Origin: Obrimoposthia wandeli
Taxonomy: Eukaryota
DNA length: 64,000 nucleotides
Direction of reading: 5' to 3'
Assembly (NCBI GenBank): GCA_977020255.1
Contig: CDROCS010000090.1
Coordinates: 62,001-126,000 of the forward strand
The translations under genes were made by a program, and so were the position numbers. Shown piece after piece: positions 52,801 through 64,000 of this stretch. Numbering within the stretch: the first letter of the stretch is position 1; every line of letters begins with the position of its first letter. The notes under the pieces were generated by a model that was not told where the DNA came from, made no database searches, and saw only the letters and a program-made list of their open reading frames with translations.

Positions 52801-55800
52801 TGAAGTGGTGATTTGCCTCTATAAAGTACATCACAAGTTCCTTTTCCGCTGGTGTTTCGTATGTTTCATTAGTTAACTTTCACGTAGGAAATTGAAAAGC
52901 GGCTTCGTTTTACAGCAATAACTCTCTGCACTTCGACTTCCTCGGACGGTAGAGCTATTTTATTCATCTCATTTGTAACAGTGTCACGGACCTTTACTTT
53001 GATATTATTTCCCAGAAATAATAGATTGGTCTACCGTGAACCTAAGAGCTTCTCGTTCATTACATTAAATTGAAATTCAATATTCCCTGAAGGTTATGTC
53101 TTAAGTTTGCAAGAGTTTGGATGAGTAACCTCCGCCATTTTGGAATTTTTATTCATTGCAAAATGATTGGATAAACCGATGAGATAGAGGCATAGTTGTT
53201 TTCTCCCCATTGGTCGGTAATTCTTACAATTTCACTGACATGAGCAGTCCGGTTTTCCAGCGCGTCTCGAATAGCCAGCTGAAGTATATGATCCATATTT
53301 CGCTCCAACGGTCTAATTTAGAGAATTGTCCATATTGGCCACGGTGTCATGAATACAGCAAAAGCAGATTCATCAATGCAGTTTCCCACAATTGATAGAA
53401 AACACATAATATGCCTGTCCGTCGACCCGTCACTCTCATAGACTTTTGATTTTGAAATATCTGAAATAGCCTGATTTTTTTATTTCGTATTCCAGCATAA
53501 GATGTATGGGCTTAGTTTGGTGACGAGGAGGCTTCGAATACCCTATCCTGTGACAGATAATGGCTGTGCATCAGATTCTACACCAAATTAAGTGTTAAAC
53601 CAGTTTAATAAAAGCAGTGAAAAGAGAACAATTTCATTCCATTTGATATTTATGTAATAAACGTTATACACATTTCTAAAATTTTCACATAACTTTTATC
53701 GGCCTTCCTGTGTAAAGTGAAAAATATAGGATGATAGAAAATGTTTAAATAAAATTAGTTAACTTTGGAAAAATGAAATATTTCATTAACTAAATTTGTT
53801 ATAAATCTCCCCTATTTGAGAATTATTGTATTATTGAATAAAAAATATTGTAAAACTTTGAAATTTAAATTAAATTAAAAAATTTCTAAAAACGCCCGAG
53901 GCTACATGTTAAATGGAAAAACATTTTATAAAACAATCTTACAAATATAATTAACTAATTATAAATTGCAAATCCATGACACGAAATAAATACCTTCTTC
54001 ATTTATATCAAAATGCTATATAAAAATCTTGATGGCTCACTAAGTCATAGGATGGTTTTGATATTTAATTATCTATGTGATAACAAATTCAAAGTTAATT
54101 TCAATTTATATTTTTTATTTGAATTTCTTTATAATTATAAAATTAGTAGTATATAAATTAGGACAAAACATAGAAATATTATGAATAGCTAATTGTATTT
54201 TAATGTATTCAGAATTTTAAAATATTACGATAAACTTTGTTAAAATAAAAAAATAAATTGGCACTTTGATAACAAAAATATTTAATTATAGATTTTATTT
54301 ATACATGTTAGATTATAGATTTTTTTTCTGAAAATTCTAAAATATCTGATTTTCAATATTAAATTATAGATTCCTAAATGTATTTAAAATGAATTTTATC
54401 CAAAGAAATTTTTAATATTTTCAATAAAATAAATATATTAATAATAAGACATTTTAAGCGTTTCGTTTGTTTACAACACAAACATATTTGGAACTCGCAC
54501 GGAAAAGCCTTGGGTGAGTATAATTTATCACCATTATGTATCTTTTTACAAAACTTCATTCAATTGTGAGCGTTCAAGTTGGAAGCCTTCGTCAGGATCG
54601 TCCGATAAAAATATTATACATATATATATAAAATTTACTATTTTAAGTGAAACAATACCTTGCTTGTTACTGAATTTTCCAATGGAATTTTAACCACATT
54701 TTCCCATTTTCAGATGACCATTCATCAGATTCGTCATCGTCTTCCTCTTCCTCGTCTGACAAAAATTCCGAAACCTCTCAAACCGAATCTATAGTGATTG
54801 AAAACAAAGCATATCAAAGTAGAAATAATATACTCTTTCTACTAATATATTTTTGTCAATATAGAGTCACTGGTTTCCGACGAAGAAATAAATATTAATG
54901 AGTATAGAAGGCTTCAGAAAGAAAACGCTGCACGAGGTTCGATAACTTAAATTTGAGAAGTTTCTAGTCACTTCATTAAACTGTTTTCATTTTGAATTTA
55001 AGATAAGCATCCTGACATTTTATAATGAAAAATAAGTGCCACTTGTTTGTTGAAATTCTCGTACTGTATTTCTCCATGGATAAGCCTACCCCTCAAAATC
55101 AAAAGACGGAATATGACTCACAGCTTCACGGTGTGTATTAATTATAAATAATTGTTCTGTTGTATTTAACTGTAGTTCCGTAAATTTTCAAATTATTAAA
55201 AACTTTATTCGGTTTGAAGTATATTCAAGTAAATTTCGGTGTACATTGTTTAAAATCGAAATATTTCAGTTTCATTTCATTATATTCTAACAAAATTAAT
55301 AGCATATTTTACATTAAAACATTTTGCTTTGATTTATTTCATTACCGTGAAGATATAAGTCGAGATAACATAACTGATAATTTATGACAAGGGAACCCTA
55401 TCAACTGAAAGACTGATTGGGAATTGAAGATACTGATTTTGAAATTGTCGACAACTTTTTGTATAATTAATATTGTCAATAATTTTGTTTGTTCATTTCA
55501 ATAAATTGGATTATAGCTTTGACACTTGAATACCTGGTACAGCTTTGAGAAACGTATACAAACCTGAATGAATGTAATATTACTTCAAAGAAAATGTTAC
55601 TAGATTGAATTGAAAAAGTTACATAAAACTAAGATAATATTTGAAATTACTAAGAGAAAGTTGAAACTTTAGTTTATTCGTTGTGTGATTTCCACATAAA
55701 GGGGTATTGGACATTTTAATTAGCTATACATGTACTTATTTAGAGTCATCAAGCAGTACAGACGATGAGTCCAGAGTGACTTCTTTGTCGAGCTGCCACA

Positions 55801-58800
55801 GTACCGATACGCATGGTAAGTTTCGACCTTCAAATTACCGTGTAAAATCCGATAAAAAATGACAAATTTTTATCAATTCTTTCTGAAAAGAAAAAACTCA
55901 ATTTATTCAAGTTATGAAAGACATGGATTTTCGTTCAAGACTACAAGATGAAAACAAAGAAAATTCGGCAATAATTAGACTTTTTCAAATAGTTTTTCAC
56001 CAATTTTCTTTTAAATTTATTTACCAAATACAGTGTAAGTTCCCATTCTGACACATATAACCTTTTTAAAAATAGCATTACGAAACTGTTTGATTCACAT
56101 GTTAGCATAAATATTAATTCGTATTTTCTAATGCAATATTTTTTATTTAGAAGTTAAGAAATATAAAATGGAAATCGAAAGAGTTGAAGAATTTGAAAAA
56201 CTCAAAGTGTCTCCTACATCGTTGCACAGAACGCCAGGTTAGCATATATACTTTTCAGATATCTTTAATATGAATGTGTAAAATATTATTTTCATTTAAA
56301 CTAATCATTTCCAACTTTTTATGCCAAATTTCAAAGCATTCTAAATTGATTTAAACGGATTTTTTTACAAACTTTTTAGAGATTAAGCATAAGAAATTTC
56401 AAGGAAAACATTTTGAATTTAAAAATAATAAAATTTTAGTCAATAATGTTAATGTTTAAAAGTTTTATTTATTTTCTCAAATAAAAAGAAAATTTGTTCG
56501 ACTTTCAATTAAAATTTTGGCAATTACATTTAAAATACTCTCAAAATGTAATGATAAAAACGAAAATAAAAATTGTGAAGTTCTTTTGGCTACTCTTTTA
56601 CTCGAATTAAGCAAACTCAATCATCGTTACATTCTAGTTTTATATTCTTATTATAAAATAAGATTTAACCAACTAATCGTCTATTATCTTCAGCACCAGC
56701 GGACTCTTCTTCTAGCTCCAGCTCAGAATCTTCACCTGCTGAAGATGGTTGTAGTAATAGTAATCATCCACTCCGAGCAAGTGAGCAGTAATTCCCAATT
56801 TCCGTATTTAGATTCTTAAATGGCACCACAAACTAAAAATCTAATAAATGAATACTCAGATTAATTGGAGAATGTAGGTCTTTTTACATTTAAGATTTTA
56901 TTGATGAAATTATTAAAAGGTGAAATTATTCTACAAATTAGATAATTAGGCCATATTTAAAAACTTAACAGAAAAGTTACAATTTTTAGTTATTGCAGAA
57001 CTTCATTTAAATATATTTCATACCTCCAGGCCTTACAAAGCAAGTGACACTCGATAACATATTCATCGGTGAACTGAGTGATGACTCAAAGAAGAGATTA
57101 AGTTAGTAAATTATAAAATAGTCTAATTTGAGACTCGTATTCAGAATCTTCGGATAGTTCATCTTCAAAAGACAATACAAAGGAAAATAGAGGTAAAATA
57201 TTTTTTTTTATATTTACAAATATTTATATTTACACTATAAAAACATGACATAAATAGGTCTTAATTATATTTGTCTTAGATTGAATAACCTTCACATGAA
57301 AAGTGAATACACATCCGATACATTTTTGGCAAAATTATACACATGTAATTTTTAAACCCTAACCAAACTTATCAATTTAAAAACTGGATTTAAGAATATT
57401 AACTTTGTGTATTAAGTTTTTGCAAAATTAATGCATGTTTCATTTAAAATTATATAAAGCACTATAAAAGCAATATTAAGAATTTATTTTATTTCGTAAT
57501 AATTTTTATAAAAAAATGTTTCTGTGTAAATAGAATATATTATAAACAAGAGATTTTTTCATATTAAAGCATGTAACTTTCAAACATGTAAGAAATCCGG
57601 AATTGTATATTAACAATTTTTTTAAAACGTTTTTAAACTATTTATTTTCGAATTTTATTAATATTTTATGCTTCTGTAAGTTATTTGTAATTTTCAAATA
57701 GATTGTCAGGCCTATCATTGAATATTCAGGAATCAGAATTAACTCAAGATTTTCATCATAAATCTATTAATTTTTTATTAGTTACAATTAAAATGTGCGT
57801 TAATGGATTGACAACTGACAGAAAGCCAGTTGACACCGATTAACCCCTAATTTAGTTTTTTGATAAATGGATCAAGACATTGCCCCATAAAATTATCAAC
57901 AAACAATTACACATAAATTTAATTTAAAAAGAATTTGTGTTAATGGATTGACAACTGACACCGATTAACATATAGTTTAATGATAAATAGTACAAGATAT
58001 GATCCATAAAAATATAAACTTAATCTTCGGTTTATTAAATAAAATTAAGAAACATAGAATATACTATATAATTTCATTACTCATCATATTTCTAGAATAA
58101 AATTTTATAAATAATTAAACAAAAAATTGCATAATTTTTACAATTTTATATATTTTTTATTAATTAACTGATATTTCGTGAAAATTGTATAAAATTAATA
58201 ACGAAAAGAAAAGTATTTATTTTTAAATATATCTAATTGTTTATTTACATTGATATTAATTAATGAATAATTGCCGTATAATTCGAAATTTGAAGATTAG
58301 ATTACTATGATATTTATTTATTCATAATTTCATATAAACACTTATTCTACTGCCAAAACATATTGAAAATGATTACAGATTTTTAATTTAAAAAATCGTA
58401 TAAATTTAATAGCCGAATTTGAAATTTTAATATTTTAATATTTTGCTATTTTAATTTAAATTGATCTAAAAATAACATTAAAAAGATTTTTCACATTTCA
58501 AAATGTTTATAAATAAATATGTATGTCGTAAAGTCAACTGTTGGGTCAAATAGAAAATTTCCATACAATGACTCGTGGTAATCAATTTAATTTTGATCAT
58601 ATCTTCATCAAATGTAGGCATGTTCTATTTACGGCATATTTTCCAGCCGGGACTTTAAAAATATTTCACTGAGTAAAAAGACTAATTGAACTGAAAATTG
58701 GAAAGAAAGTTGTGATCGATGTCGGTTCAACATTTCCAATGTTTCATTCACAAATATTAATTCCTTCCGGAGATATTTTCACACAAAGCTGGAACGACCA

Positions 58801-61800
58801 GTAAAAAATCGATCACAACTGGCTTGCAAATTTTCAATTCAATCGGAGTATTTTACTCAGTGGAGAAAAAAATTGAATCCCGGCTGGAAAATATGATGTT
58901 TCTATTTCTAACTTTCTTTTAAGAAGATTGCTGTAAAGAATATTTGTCCAGTACTATCCTTTACAACCAAATTCAATATCTTTGCTCAGAATCCCAACCC
59001 GGTGAAATTAGGCTAGATCAGGTGCAGTTTTCACACAAATGTCCGGAAACAGGTAAACATTGAAATATAGAGTGCAATTAATTGTCAATGCATATAATTA
59101 ATTATCTTATTGATGAATAAATAAAATATTTTTTCAACCATGGACCACAAATTACATCCAAAAATAGTTATTCGATCATCAAAAATATTGTATTATAAAA
59201 ATAACAGTCAAAACTTGTTACTATATAGAAAATGCATTTATTAAATATTTGTAGTAATCAATAACTTCATTAGCTTTGATGCTTATTGCACAAAAATGAA
59301 CAGTCAATATTAATAATCTGGTTTAGTCTCAACCCTTGCTATTTATCTCCATTTTGCTTCCTTAATTTGTGAATAAATCTCCTATTATAGAAAACCATGC
59401 TACTACTAGCCCAGTAGTTGGAATAGAAATGATGCTTTCTTCAACTAAATCATAATCCAATGGATTTGTTCATTTAATTTGAATATATCTAAACACGCCG
59501 TCATTTTGAACTCTTCTTGCTTCTTAACTTTAAATTTCCCTTCAAATTTTATAGTCCTGAGCAACCTCCGAGTTTATATCATCTCTGGTTCAAAATTTTA
59601 TAAATCTTCAAACCAAGAAAGATAAGGTGTATTGATAATTTCTGAAATCTCTGCTGGAAAACTTTATTAAAACCATCCAATTGTTAGATACTATCAATCA
59701 AATTTCCTTACTTAAAATAGACAATTTTAAAAATAGTACTATTTTAAAACATTCTTAGGCAAAGATAATCAAAATTTACTACATCTTAAAATTAAAAATA
59801 ATTTTCAAATCCAAAATCATATCACAAATTTCTCACAAGAATACATAAGAAATACAGATTATATTAATTATCTCAATATTGATCTGTCAACCTAATTTAT
59901 TTTTCGAACAAATATCTGTCATCTTCATCAATTCAATTTGAAATGGCTGGTTCAAATATAATTTTAAATAAAAATAAAATAATTACTAGAAAATTTGCAG
60001 ATATTTGAAAATTAGATAAACATTATGTTAATGTTTTTATATAATCGTCATTTTAATATATTATATTTTTAATTTTAATTTATTTTAAATAATTTTAAAA
60101 CAGATAAACTCAATGTTAATGGAAGATTGAAATCAAATGAGCAGTTTAATGAATAATATTGAAAATAATAACGAAATAGTCTGATTTGTAAATTGTTCCT
60201 CTTATTTTTTCCTGAGTTAAGGAAATAAAGAAAATTTGTAAATGGACTTTAGAAAAAAGTTAAAAAGCTCATTTACTAGGGGGAAAATTAGTTATAAAGG
60301 TTCTAGAATTCGACCCATAATTGCTTTTCATTTGGAGCACAGTTAGTGATCTGTAAGAGTTATCCATGGGAAATAGACTTTGTAGTAACAAAATAGAGGG
60401 GCCACTAACGTATACAAAAAGAGTTAGTCTTTAAGTAAGGTTTTGGTAAGATTTTCAATTTCGAATGAAAATAATTTTGGAATTATTCAAGTAATCCGAA
60501 AACAAAATATTTTTAATTGATGGAACTGTTGTCGAATCAAATGAATTGTTCCTGAGTAGAGCCATCTTGACTATGTCTTTGCTTTCCAGAGTCCTCCGAA
60601 CATTCGGATTCCGATTCCGGCATCAGGCCATCTCTCCAGAAACCGGTTTTGAGGGCTGTTGACAATCAGTACTCAAATCCTCCTGGCAACGGTTGGTACA
60701 GTTGGCCCCCTCTCCTTGCTTTCCGCACTCAACTTTGATGGGAATTCATTCTCCAGGTCAACTATTGATTTGGTAAAAACCCCCACAAATTGCTAATTTT
60801 CAATGTAAACTGTTTTTAGTTTTTTTAAAAAACCGTTTCATGAAGGAGAAAAAATAGAGTAGATTAGAATTGTTCTTTTTCAATACCCACATTTTATCTA
60901 AACATAACTCTAAGGATTATAGGTAGTACAGGATAATAACTCTAAAGGTAGAGATTTAAAAATGTAATGAATCAAAAAATAAAGAACGAATTTTAAAAAC
61001 AATTTTATTTATATATCAAACTTTACATATAACATTGGCTTTTCTTTATTTATAGAATTCTATATGTTTTCCATTTTCTTCAATTACACAATGAAGACAA
61101 CCGTGAAAATTCTCAAAAACATCAGAAATCAATTTTTTGGTTTACTAACTGAAAAGCTTCTTTGATATTTTCCTTGAGTTCCAGCATCCTATCTAACTTA
61201 ATATCATATACTCATATTCAAATAAAACTGTGCCTCATCTGAAAAGGGAATTGCCTTTAAATGGTTGATATCTTCAGATGTTCTTACAATTACTGTTATT
61301 GCAAATTCGATTCAATGGATGATATTTCAGGGTATTGAGACATTTCCACACAGTTTCCCGACTGACACCAGTGGCGGATCACCAATAAATTGATTTTCAA
61401 TATCATCTAATGACTCACCTGAAATATTTGGTTTTTCGTTGTTCCTTTTGACACATCTAAAACACTTCCTGTTGTCATAAGCCTATTATGCCACTTCTTA
61501 ATATTTCTTTCATAAGGACATTGCACATTTTACCATACACATATCTATGTTTTCTTTGAACTGAAACAACACTTCCAACATTTTCATACCAAGCTGCACA
61601 TTTGGCTCTTTGCTCAATTGAATAAGATATTTTCTAAAAGGTAATATTAAATAGTAATCATAATACTTACTGATATTTGATACAGAGAAACAAAATAATT
61701 TAACCTTCGATAAACATTTTATAGCTAAAATAAATCTCTATTTTTAGAATTGTCACCATGTATATTCAATTAAACGCAGTCATTGTAAGCATAAGATGAG

Positions 61801-63989
61801 CTTGTTCGAATGTTGAGTGCACACAAAGTTATTTCATGCGCTACAACCGATTCGTTTTACGGGTTTGAATTCACGGAATGTTGTAACCCAATGATCGAAA
61901 CATACACATAAAGTCGTTTGGAACATCCATTTCATTCTTCTGCTTTACTTTATTGTCAAAGATTTGATAGAAAATATTGAGCAGATGGTTATGTATAAAT
62001 ACCTTAAAAGAAGAAGTTGGTTAATCTTGTATGCCTTTCAATTTTCTGTAAAGGATACAGGAATTAATCACAGCCATTTCAACCACGTTCGTGAGAAAAT
62101 AATGTGTACCTGGAACATTTCTGACTCATCCTTTAGAGTCGAATAAGATGATTTATACTGTCTGCCCGCTTTTTGTCCAATTTCAGAATGAAACTCTCCC
62201 AGTAGACCTTTAATATTTTACTCTCTAGTTAAGTGCATGGTTGCTAGAAGTAGGATCTGACGTGTCTTTTTGTCATAAGAGGCCTGCATTTTACCATTTA
62301 AAGAGTAGTGTAACACTGATTTTCTATTACGTCCTCTTGTATTTTTGGCAACAGATGGCATGTCCCTTCGTGTAGAGCGTCACGTTACAAACAAGGTTGT
62401 CCTCTTCTCTGATAAAAGCCCACAATATTTGAGGTTGTCAACCAGGGTCACATGTGAAATTGCAGCTTTTATTCTGATAACGACCTATCAGCTTAATGTA
62501 GTTGCTTCAAGAACAATGAAAACGTACTATCATCTTTGTATACGATTTTGACTTCTCATTAAGCCATATAATCTTGATTTCATTTGATTTGACTGCAATG
62601 AATTTTAGTCGTATGTCTCTGCTAAAAATAACATTTATTCCTAAAAAAATTTACAAGAATTATAAGATAAATTTGAGAATTTAGACCAACATTTTTTGTC
62701 AGTTCCAGAACGTTGCAATTTTTGCCTCAAATGTGTTTGAAATTTTTTTTAATTTTCATGTTTTAACAAAATCCAAAATTATGAATAAATTGTTTTTTAT
62801 ATTACTGTGATTTAATTTTATTATTCAATTGAAAATTCATTTTATAATTCAAATGTATTTATGAGACATACTGTATATATTACTTGTAATAACATAAATT
62901 AATACTTTAAAATAGTAATAAACTAAAAGGGTTATCCAAGTTTTACATATGAAAATATATATTCCAGAATCGAATATATTTGCAACAGTTGTATGGTCCT
63001 ATAATGAGCACAGTTTAAAATTACATACTTTTGCAGGTTACTTTCGTATTGTGGTCTCGGTGACAGAGTTAAAACTTCGCCTACAACTTCTAACATTACT
63101 TCTTCGTAATTTACTACTTTCAATAATAAGCAATACATTGTACATATAACTTAAGTTGAACATTTCGATATTTTGTAGAAATTACCAAATCAGATACACA
63201 AAAAATAATGTTATTTGAATAAATACTATTTATTTAGGTAAAATATTTTTGACAAATGCTTTTAGCAACAAAAAAAAATATTAAAATGATTGAAAAAAAC
63301 TTTTATTAATATAATTTATTTACTGACTGAATTTATTCATTGTTGGGTCATGTCAGACTGCGATCTTTATCCAGTAAGTATAGGACACGAAAAACGATTT
63401 AAAGCACATCGAAGACCAATTTGTAACGGTAAATGCAAGAAATTCTATATTATTATTTTCTTATTAGGTCATAATTAGTTGATGAAACAATCATATAAAT
63501 ATTTCTGAGCTGATTTTTCTGGAAATGCTACCCGAAAGACGAATGTAAGGTTTGTTGATAAAATCCAATCTTAGTGTTCTTTTACATGTATATATACAGC
63601 CGAAGGTCACCAAGAGTTAGTTGAACAAAGTTGAACTAATAAAAATGAGTGAAAGAGAAATACAGTTGTGATTACGGTGTCCAAAAATCTTTCACTTGAG
63701 CCATTTGTACTGATTAGCACATCTTGAAGACAACTTTCACAAAATGATCATTAATAACACTCTAATAACACTCTCAGACAGTCTGTTCTACAAATCGATC
63801 AAATAAACGATTCGTGCAGCCACTTTTTCAGTCAATAGCTCGTCAATCTTTCTAAATGTCAGCACTAATAGAGTCAACCATATAAGACAGCGACAAATAC
63901 GTTGTTGACGTGAGTCTTCTTTGCAGAGTCTCAGAAACGGCTACCTAGACTGAAGCAGCGGCCAGCTACAGCATCGAGCGACAACAGAG
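12593..63989 (+). CDS. Giant multi-exon gene encoding a low-complexity Ser/Glu/Lys/Arg-rich, probably intrinsically disordered protein (>=1,740 aa, continues past the window)
   Basis: Exon 12593-13856 ends in phase 1 (ACA G|GTGAGT). It is followed by AG/GT-bounded, stop-free, phase 1-1 exons: 17529-17648, 17940-18029, 19199-19294, 19448-19525, 23786-23875, 26404-26505, 26863-26937, 30785-30877, 32222-32296 (GC donor), 33955-34077, 35847-35915, 37792-37884, 38215-38361, 39551-39673, 39952-40035, 40849-40923, 40982-41077, 41730-41843, 43279-43368, 43411-43485, 43527-43613, 43655-43732, 45710-45889, 46396-46479, 46519-46605, 48243-48335, 48381-48452, 49116-49202, 49245-49319, 49821-49904, 49949-50011, 50563-50628, 50681-50746, 51578-51661, 52332-52412, 54714-54818, 54865-54936, 55744-55815, 56151-56237, 56694-56780, 57030-57101, 57145-57192, 58990-59052, 60590-60691, 63927-63989. 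The exons are GC-enriched islands in very AT-rich introns. Joining them into one transcript is inferred from consistent phase and composition. Confidence 0.8.
16240..16830 (+). mobile_element. CR1/L2-group LINE ORF2 3' remnant
   Basis: The fragments ..VLDENIT.., TMLTHSIITSRLDF and RRENLMKLC*LSINARIEIKI match the HAFVTSRLDY and LHWLP..RI.FK motifs of L2/CR1-type ORF2. Confidence 0.55.
16909..17362 (-). mobile_element. Internally deleted Tc1/mariner element
   Basis: The inverted termini are TA|CAATGTGATCCAAAAGTCTCCGT and ACAGAGACTTTTGGATCACAATG. The minus strand gives MANNEYTIEEK...RLFADTYNKAPPRTTV, like the HTH N-terminus of DUF4817-type transposases. Confidence 0.6.
18558..18633. mobile_element. 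Solo terminus of a hAT-type MITE
   Basis: The GC-rich run ...GCGGGCCGGGTTGTGGCCCGCGGGCCGCCTGTTGCACACCCCTG ends like common hAT MITEs (CAGGGGTGTGCAAC on the reverse strand) and is followed by GTTTAGAT. The partner end was not found. Confidence 0.55.
18750..18985 (+). mobile_element. Tc1-like DD34E transposase fragment
   Basis: It reads NIIWQQDNAGPHKACKAFDYFRSNKLILLP*...SIIDNV*K, containing the QQDNA.PH motif. Confidence 0.6.
21418..23746 (-). mobile_element. Defective Ty3/Gypsy LTR retrotransposon, 2,329 bp, 89-bp LTRs, 5-bp TSD
   Basis: The LTRs at 21418-21506 and 23658-23746 have TG...CA ends and 3 mismatches. The TSD TTCAT sits at 21413-21417 and 23747-23751, and a PPT-like AGTGACGGAGAA lies next to the 3' LTR. 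Frameshifted domains on the minus strand are RT (LDLRPAYHQVPL...TAF...YLGD), RNase H (DASKTAFSG...FFSRTL...EKE), and integrase (PFEILSIDFKGPLP...DEYSRF...HTDRGTQ). Gag, protease and PBS are absent. Confidence 0.93.
24600..25300 (-). mobile_element. Tc1-like transposase pseudogene fragment
   Basis: The minus strand reads LDWSKVTYTNEKKFKLGGPDNW (the W..V.FSDEKKF.LDGPD motif) and later GVLEWLPRS. Confidence 0.6.
27340..28015 (+). mobile_element. Tc1-like DD34E transposase pseudogene
   Basis: It reads NFKSIINSAEAQFSL...YGGSDLVRG...RFMQDNARRYT...ENIRVLKRPSHNSDLYIIENM*K. Confidence 0.7.
28720..29520 (+). mobile_element. CR1/L2-group LINE RT/3' remnant
   Basis: QFYADDPQLY (the RT YADD motif) lies at ~28780, and GEHLMNLHWLSIDARMEFKIL at ~29250. 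Confidence 0.7.
31698..31925. mobile_element. piggyBac-derived MITE (228 bp)
   Basis: There is a TTAA TSD on both sides (31694-31697 and 31926-31929). The 18-bp TIRs CCCTCAGCCTGCCAACGT are perfect, with subterminal GTGTGATTTT..AATCACAC inverted repeats. Confidence 0.93.
32480..32900 (-). mobile_element. Possible Sola-type DNA transposase N-terminal remnant
   Basis: The minus strand reads LKCNDNIQTEQRKQISAAFWKLGN...RHLIINSV, like the C...I....R..IF..FW.L region of invertebrate Sola-like transposases. This is from memory and unverified. Confidence 0.3.
35273..35449. mobile_element. Tc1/mariner-type MITE (177 bp)
   Basis: TA|CAGTAATTATTCACCTATAGGG ... CCCTACAGGTGAATAATTACTG|TA gives 22-bp TIRs with 1 mismatch and a TA TSD. 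Confidence 0.88.
38380..38500. repeat. Degenerate (CATC/CATT)n microsatellite
   Basis: It is a run of CATCCA/CCATTC/CATACA units directly after the exon at 38215-38361. Confidence 0.6.
41940..42230 (+). mobile_element. Tc1/mariner transposase fragment
   Basis: It reads LPRVLVWCAIRCHGISESF, matching the V.VWC.I...GI.GPFF motif. Confidence 0.45.
42300..42960 (+). mobile_element. pogo-like DDE_1 transposase remnant
   Basis: It reads ..SWN*SLKSKVSNCYGNLMINGEQKLAESGNLRPSSFNNVLN*VRGAWRAIP...IQASMKPC, resembling the pogo C-terminal N.PFK...G..R.PS....WV..AW..I...SF.KC pattern. Confidence 0.5.
43279..43732 (+). CDS. Four-exon cluster of the giant gene (two spacer + poly-Ser exon pairs)
   Basis: Exons of 90, 75, 87 and 78 nt are separated by GT-AG introns of 42, 41 and 41 nt. 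The peptides include GPKPTTPTVERSEK..., SRSSSSSSSSSTSSQPSK..., DSKENGKSVDGSAK... and SRSSSASSTSSSSSSSS... Confidence 0.85.
43900..45450 (+). mobile_element. CR1/L2-group LINE RT remnant with internal tandem duplication
   Basis: Recognisable motifs are FDTVNHERL, FHLYADDTQLF at ~44780, KIKNIGCVLDENIT and STREHLMKLHWLLINS. Confidence 0.72.
44164..44756. repeat. Perfect 296-bp tandem duplication
   Basis: 44164-44460 is repeated at 44460-44756. The identical 62-aa shadow ORFs at 44234 and 44530 are 296 bp apart. Confidence 0.97.
46396..50011 (+). CDS. Paralogous exon-pair cluster of the giant gene
   Basis: Three exons give ASQYPSLDHREKFVDSSKKTASLPKLSR (46396), EQAKNPHTDRREKFLRSSKKCTSMPRLHK (49116) and ASFYPRLDRQEKFMKSSKKSASLPKLSR (49821). 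Each is followed by a 39-44-nt intron beginning GTGAGATT and a Ser-rich exon. Confidence 0.85.
47760..47990 (+). mobile_element. CR1/L2-group LINE 3' fragment
   Basis: It reads NTSEHLMKLHLLSINTKF, the same family motif seen at 16540, 29250 and 45230. Confidence 0.5.
52750..53500 (-). mobile_element. hAT-like transposase remnant
   Basis: The minus strand reads DGSTDRHIMCFLSIVG...DHILQLAIRDAL...GENNYASISSVYP, matching the hAT C..H.LQLA and GE.Y...S.V.P motifs. Confidence 0.45.
58635..58895. repeat. Foldback/MITE-like imperfect inverted repeat (~85-bp arms)
   Basis: CATATTTTCCAGCCGGGA..TCACTGAGTAAAA..AGTTGTGATCGAT pairs with ATCGATCACAACT..TTTTACTCAGTG..TCCCGGCTGGAAAATATG. Confidence 0.8.
61050..61620 (-). 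mobile_element. Tc1/mariner (DUF4817-type) transposase N-terminal remnant
   Basis: The minus strand reads AAWYENVGSVVSVQRK.RYVYGK...KKWHNRLMTTGSVLD...ISGESLDDIENQFIGDP. Confidence 0.45.
61820..62620 (-). mobile_element. piggyBac transposase pseudogene fragment
   Basis: The minus strand reads LVDN...LLSEKRTTLFVTLRSTRRDMPSVAKNTRGRNRKSVLHY...SYDKKTRQILLLATMH, followed by a C-terminal Cys-rich tail (GCSA*NNFVCTQHS...C). Confidence 0.62.
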
Positions 63990-64000
63990 GTAACAACAGC

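Overview
AT-rich eukaryotic genomic DNA, most likely from an animal. The transposon repertoire and GT-AG introns as short as 39-58 nt support this, but the species cannot be determined from the window. Bases 1-12 kb are transposon debris: Ty3/Gypsy RT fragments, an intact-looking type I hammerhead ribozyme at 1712-1761 (probably from a Penelope-like element), and a decayed Polinton/Maverick-like element. That element (2804-8465) has hairpin-bearing terminal inverted repeats, a G-rich telomere-like array and two protein-primed DNA polymerase B pseudogene fragments, one inside and one just outside. From 12593 to beyond the window end lies one very large + strand gene. It has a 1264-nt first coding exon followed by at least 45 small exons (48-180 nt), every one a multiple of 3 and flanked by phase-1 introns. 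It encodes a Ser/Glu/Lys/Arg-rich, apparently disordered protein of at least ~1,740 aa with duplicated exon modules. Its long introns contain a deleted Gypsy element with 89-bp LTRs and a 5-bp TSD, remnants of Tc1/mariner, pogo, hAT, piggyBac and CR1/L2-type LINE elements, and several MITEs. All calls come from manual reading and translation; no database search was run.
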